From positions 1 through 24,384 of the IMG/VR virus record IMGVR_UViG_3300030433_002113: a DNA stretch of 24,384 nt. One strand, given 5' to 3'. Positions 24,233 to 24,384 of this stretch are shown here, piece by piece. This DNA is from a virus. Taxonomy: Duplodnaviria > Caudoviricetes. Every line of letters begins with the position of its first letter. Within the stretch, counting starts at the first letter, position 1. The position numbers and the translations under genes are program-made. Below the pieces are notes generated by a model, which was not told the origin of the DNA, ran no database searches, and worked only from the letters and a program-made list of their open reading frames with translations.

Positions 24233-24384
24233 TTAGTAGATGTCTTTCATGTTCTCTGTAAACCAGTTTGGGCCACTGAATAGGTTCTCATCTGCTTTTC
24301 TTTCGATGCCATCCATAGTAGCAAACCCTCCATAGAAGTTGTACTCCTGCGGCGTTGGCGCTCTCATGATTCCTCTGGCTGCCA
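24233..24384 (-). CDS. 3' end of an upstream gene, probably terminase large subunit
   Basis: Hand translation ...AARGIMRAPTPQEYNFYGGFATMDGIERKADENLFSGPNWFTENMKDIY*, TAA at 24233-24235. The call rests mainly on position upstream of the portal. Confidence 0.55.
   Translation of the reverse strand, partial: AARGIMRAPTPQEYNFYGGFATMDGIERKADENLFSGPNWFTENMKDIY

Noticed and set aside
1-24384. Host assignment, tRNA/rRNA genes, integrase or IS elements
   Set aside because: No RNA genes or mobile-element signatures are visible and the intergenic gaps are too short or already explained. The host cannot be supported from this window.

Overview
Head-morphogenesis and fibre region of a large tailed dsDNA bacteriophage (Caudoviricetes, standard genetic code). 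All real genes are on the minus strand. In transcription order: C-terminal end of a probable terminase large subunit, portal, prohead protease/scaffold, head decoration protein, major capsid protein, then an intrinsic terminator. An ~18.6 kb block follows: a 152 aa structural protein, 1462, 755 and 2032 aa fibre/adhesin-like proteins, a beta-helix protein, a His/Cys-rich protein, a sulfotransferase-methyltransferase fusion, a WavE-family protein and four small ORFs (one unannotated, 22 aa). The window ends in the start of a probable head-tail adaptor. A GTGTATA motif sits in four intergenic regions and looks like a phage late promoter. The best candidate for an undescribed system is a virion glycan-decoration module: glycan-modifying enzymes lie in the fibre operon, and several structural proteins are enriched in Ser-Gly dipeptides. 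This is a hypothesis from manual reading; no database search or computation was run, and counts are hand counts.
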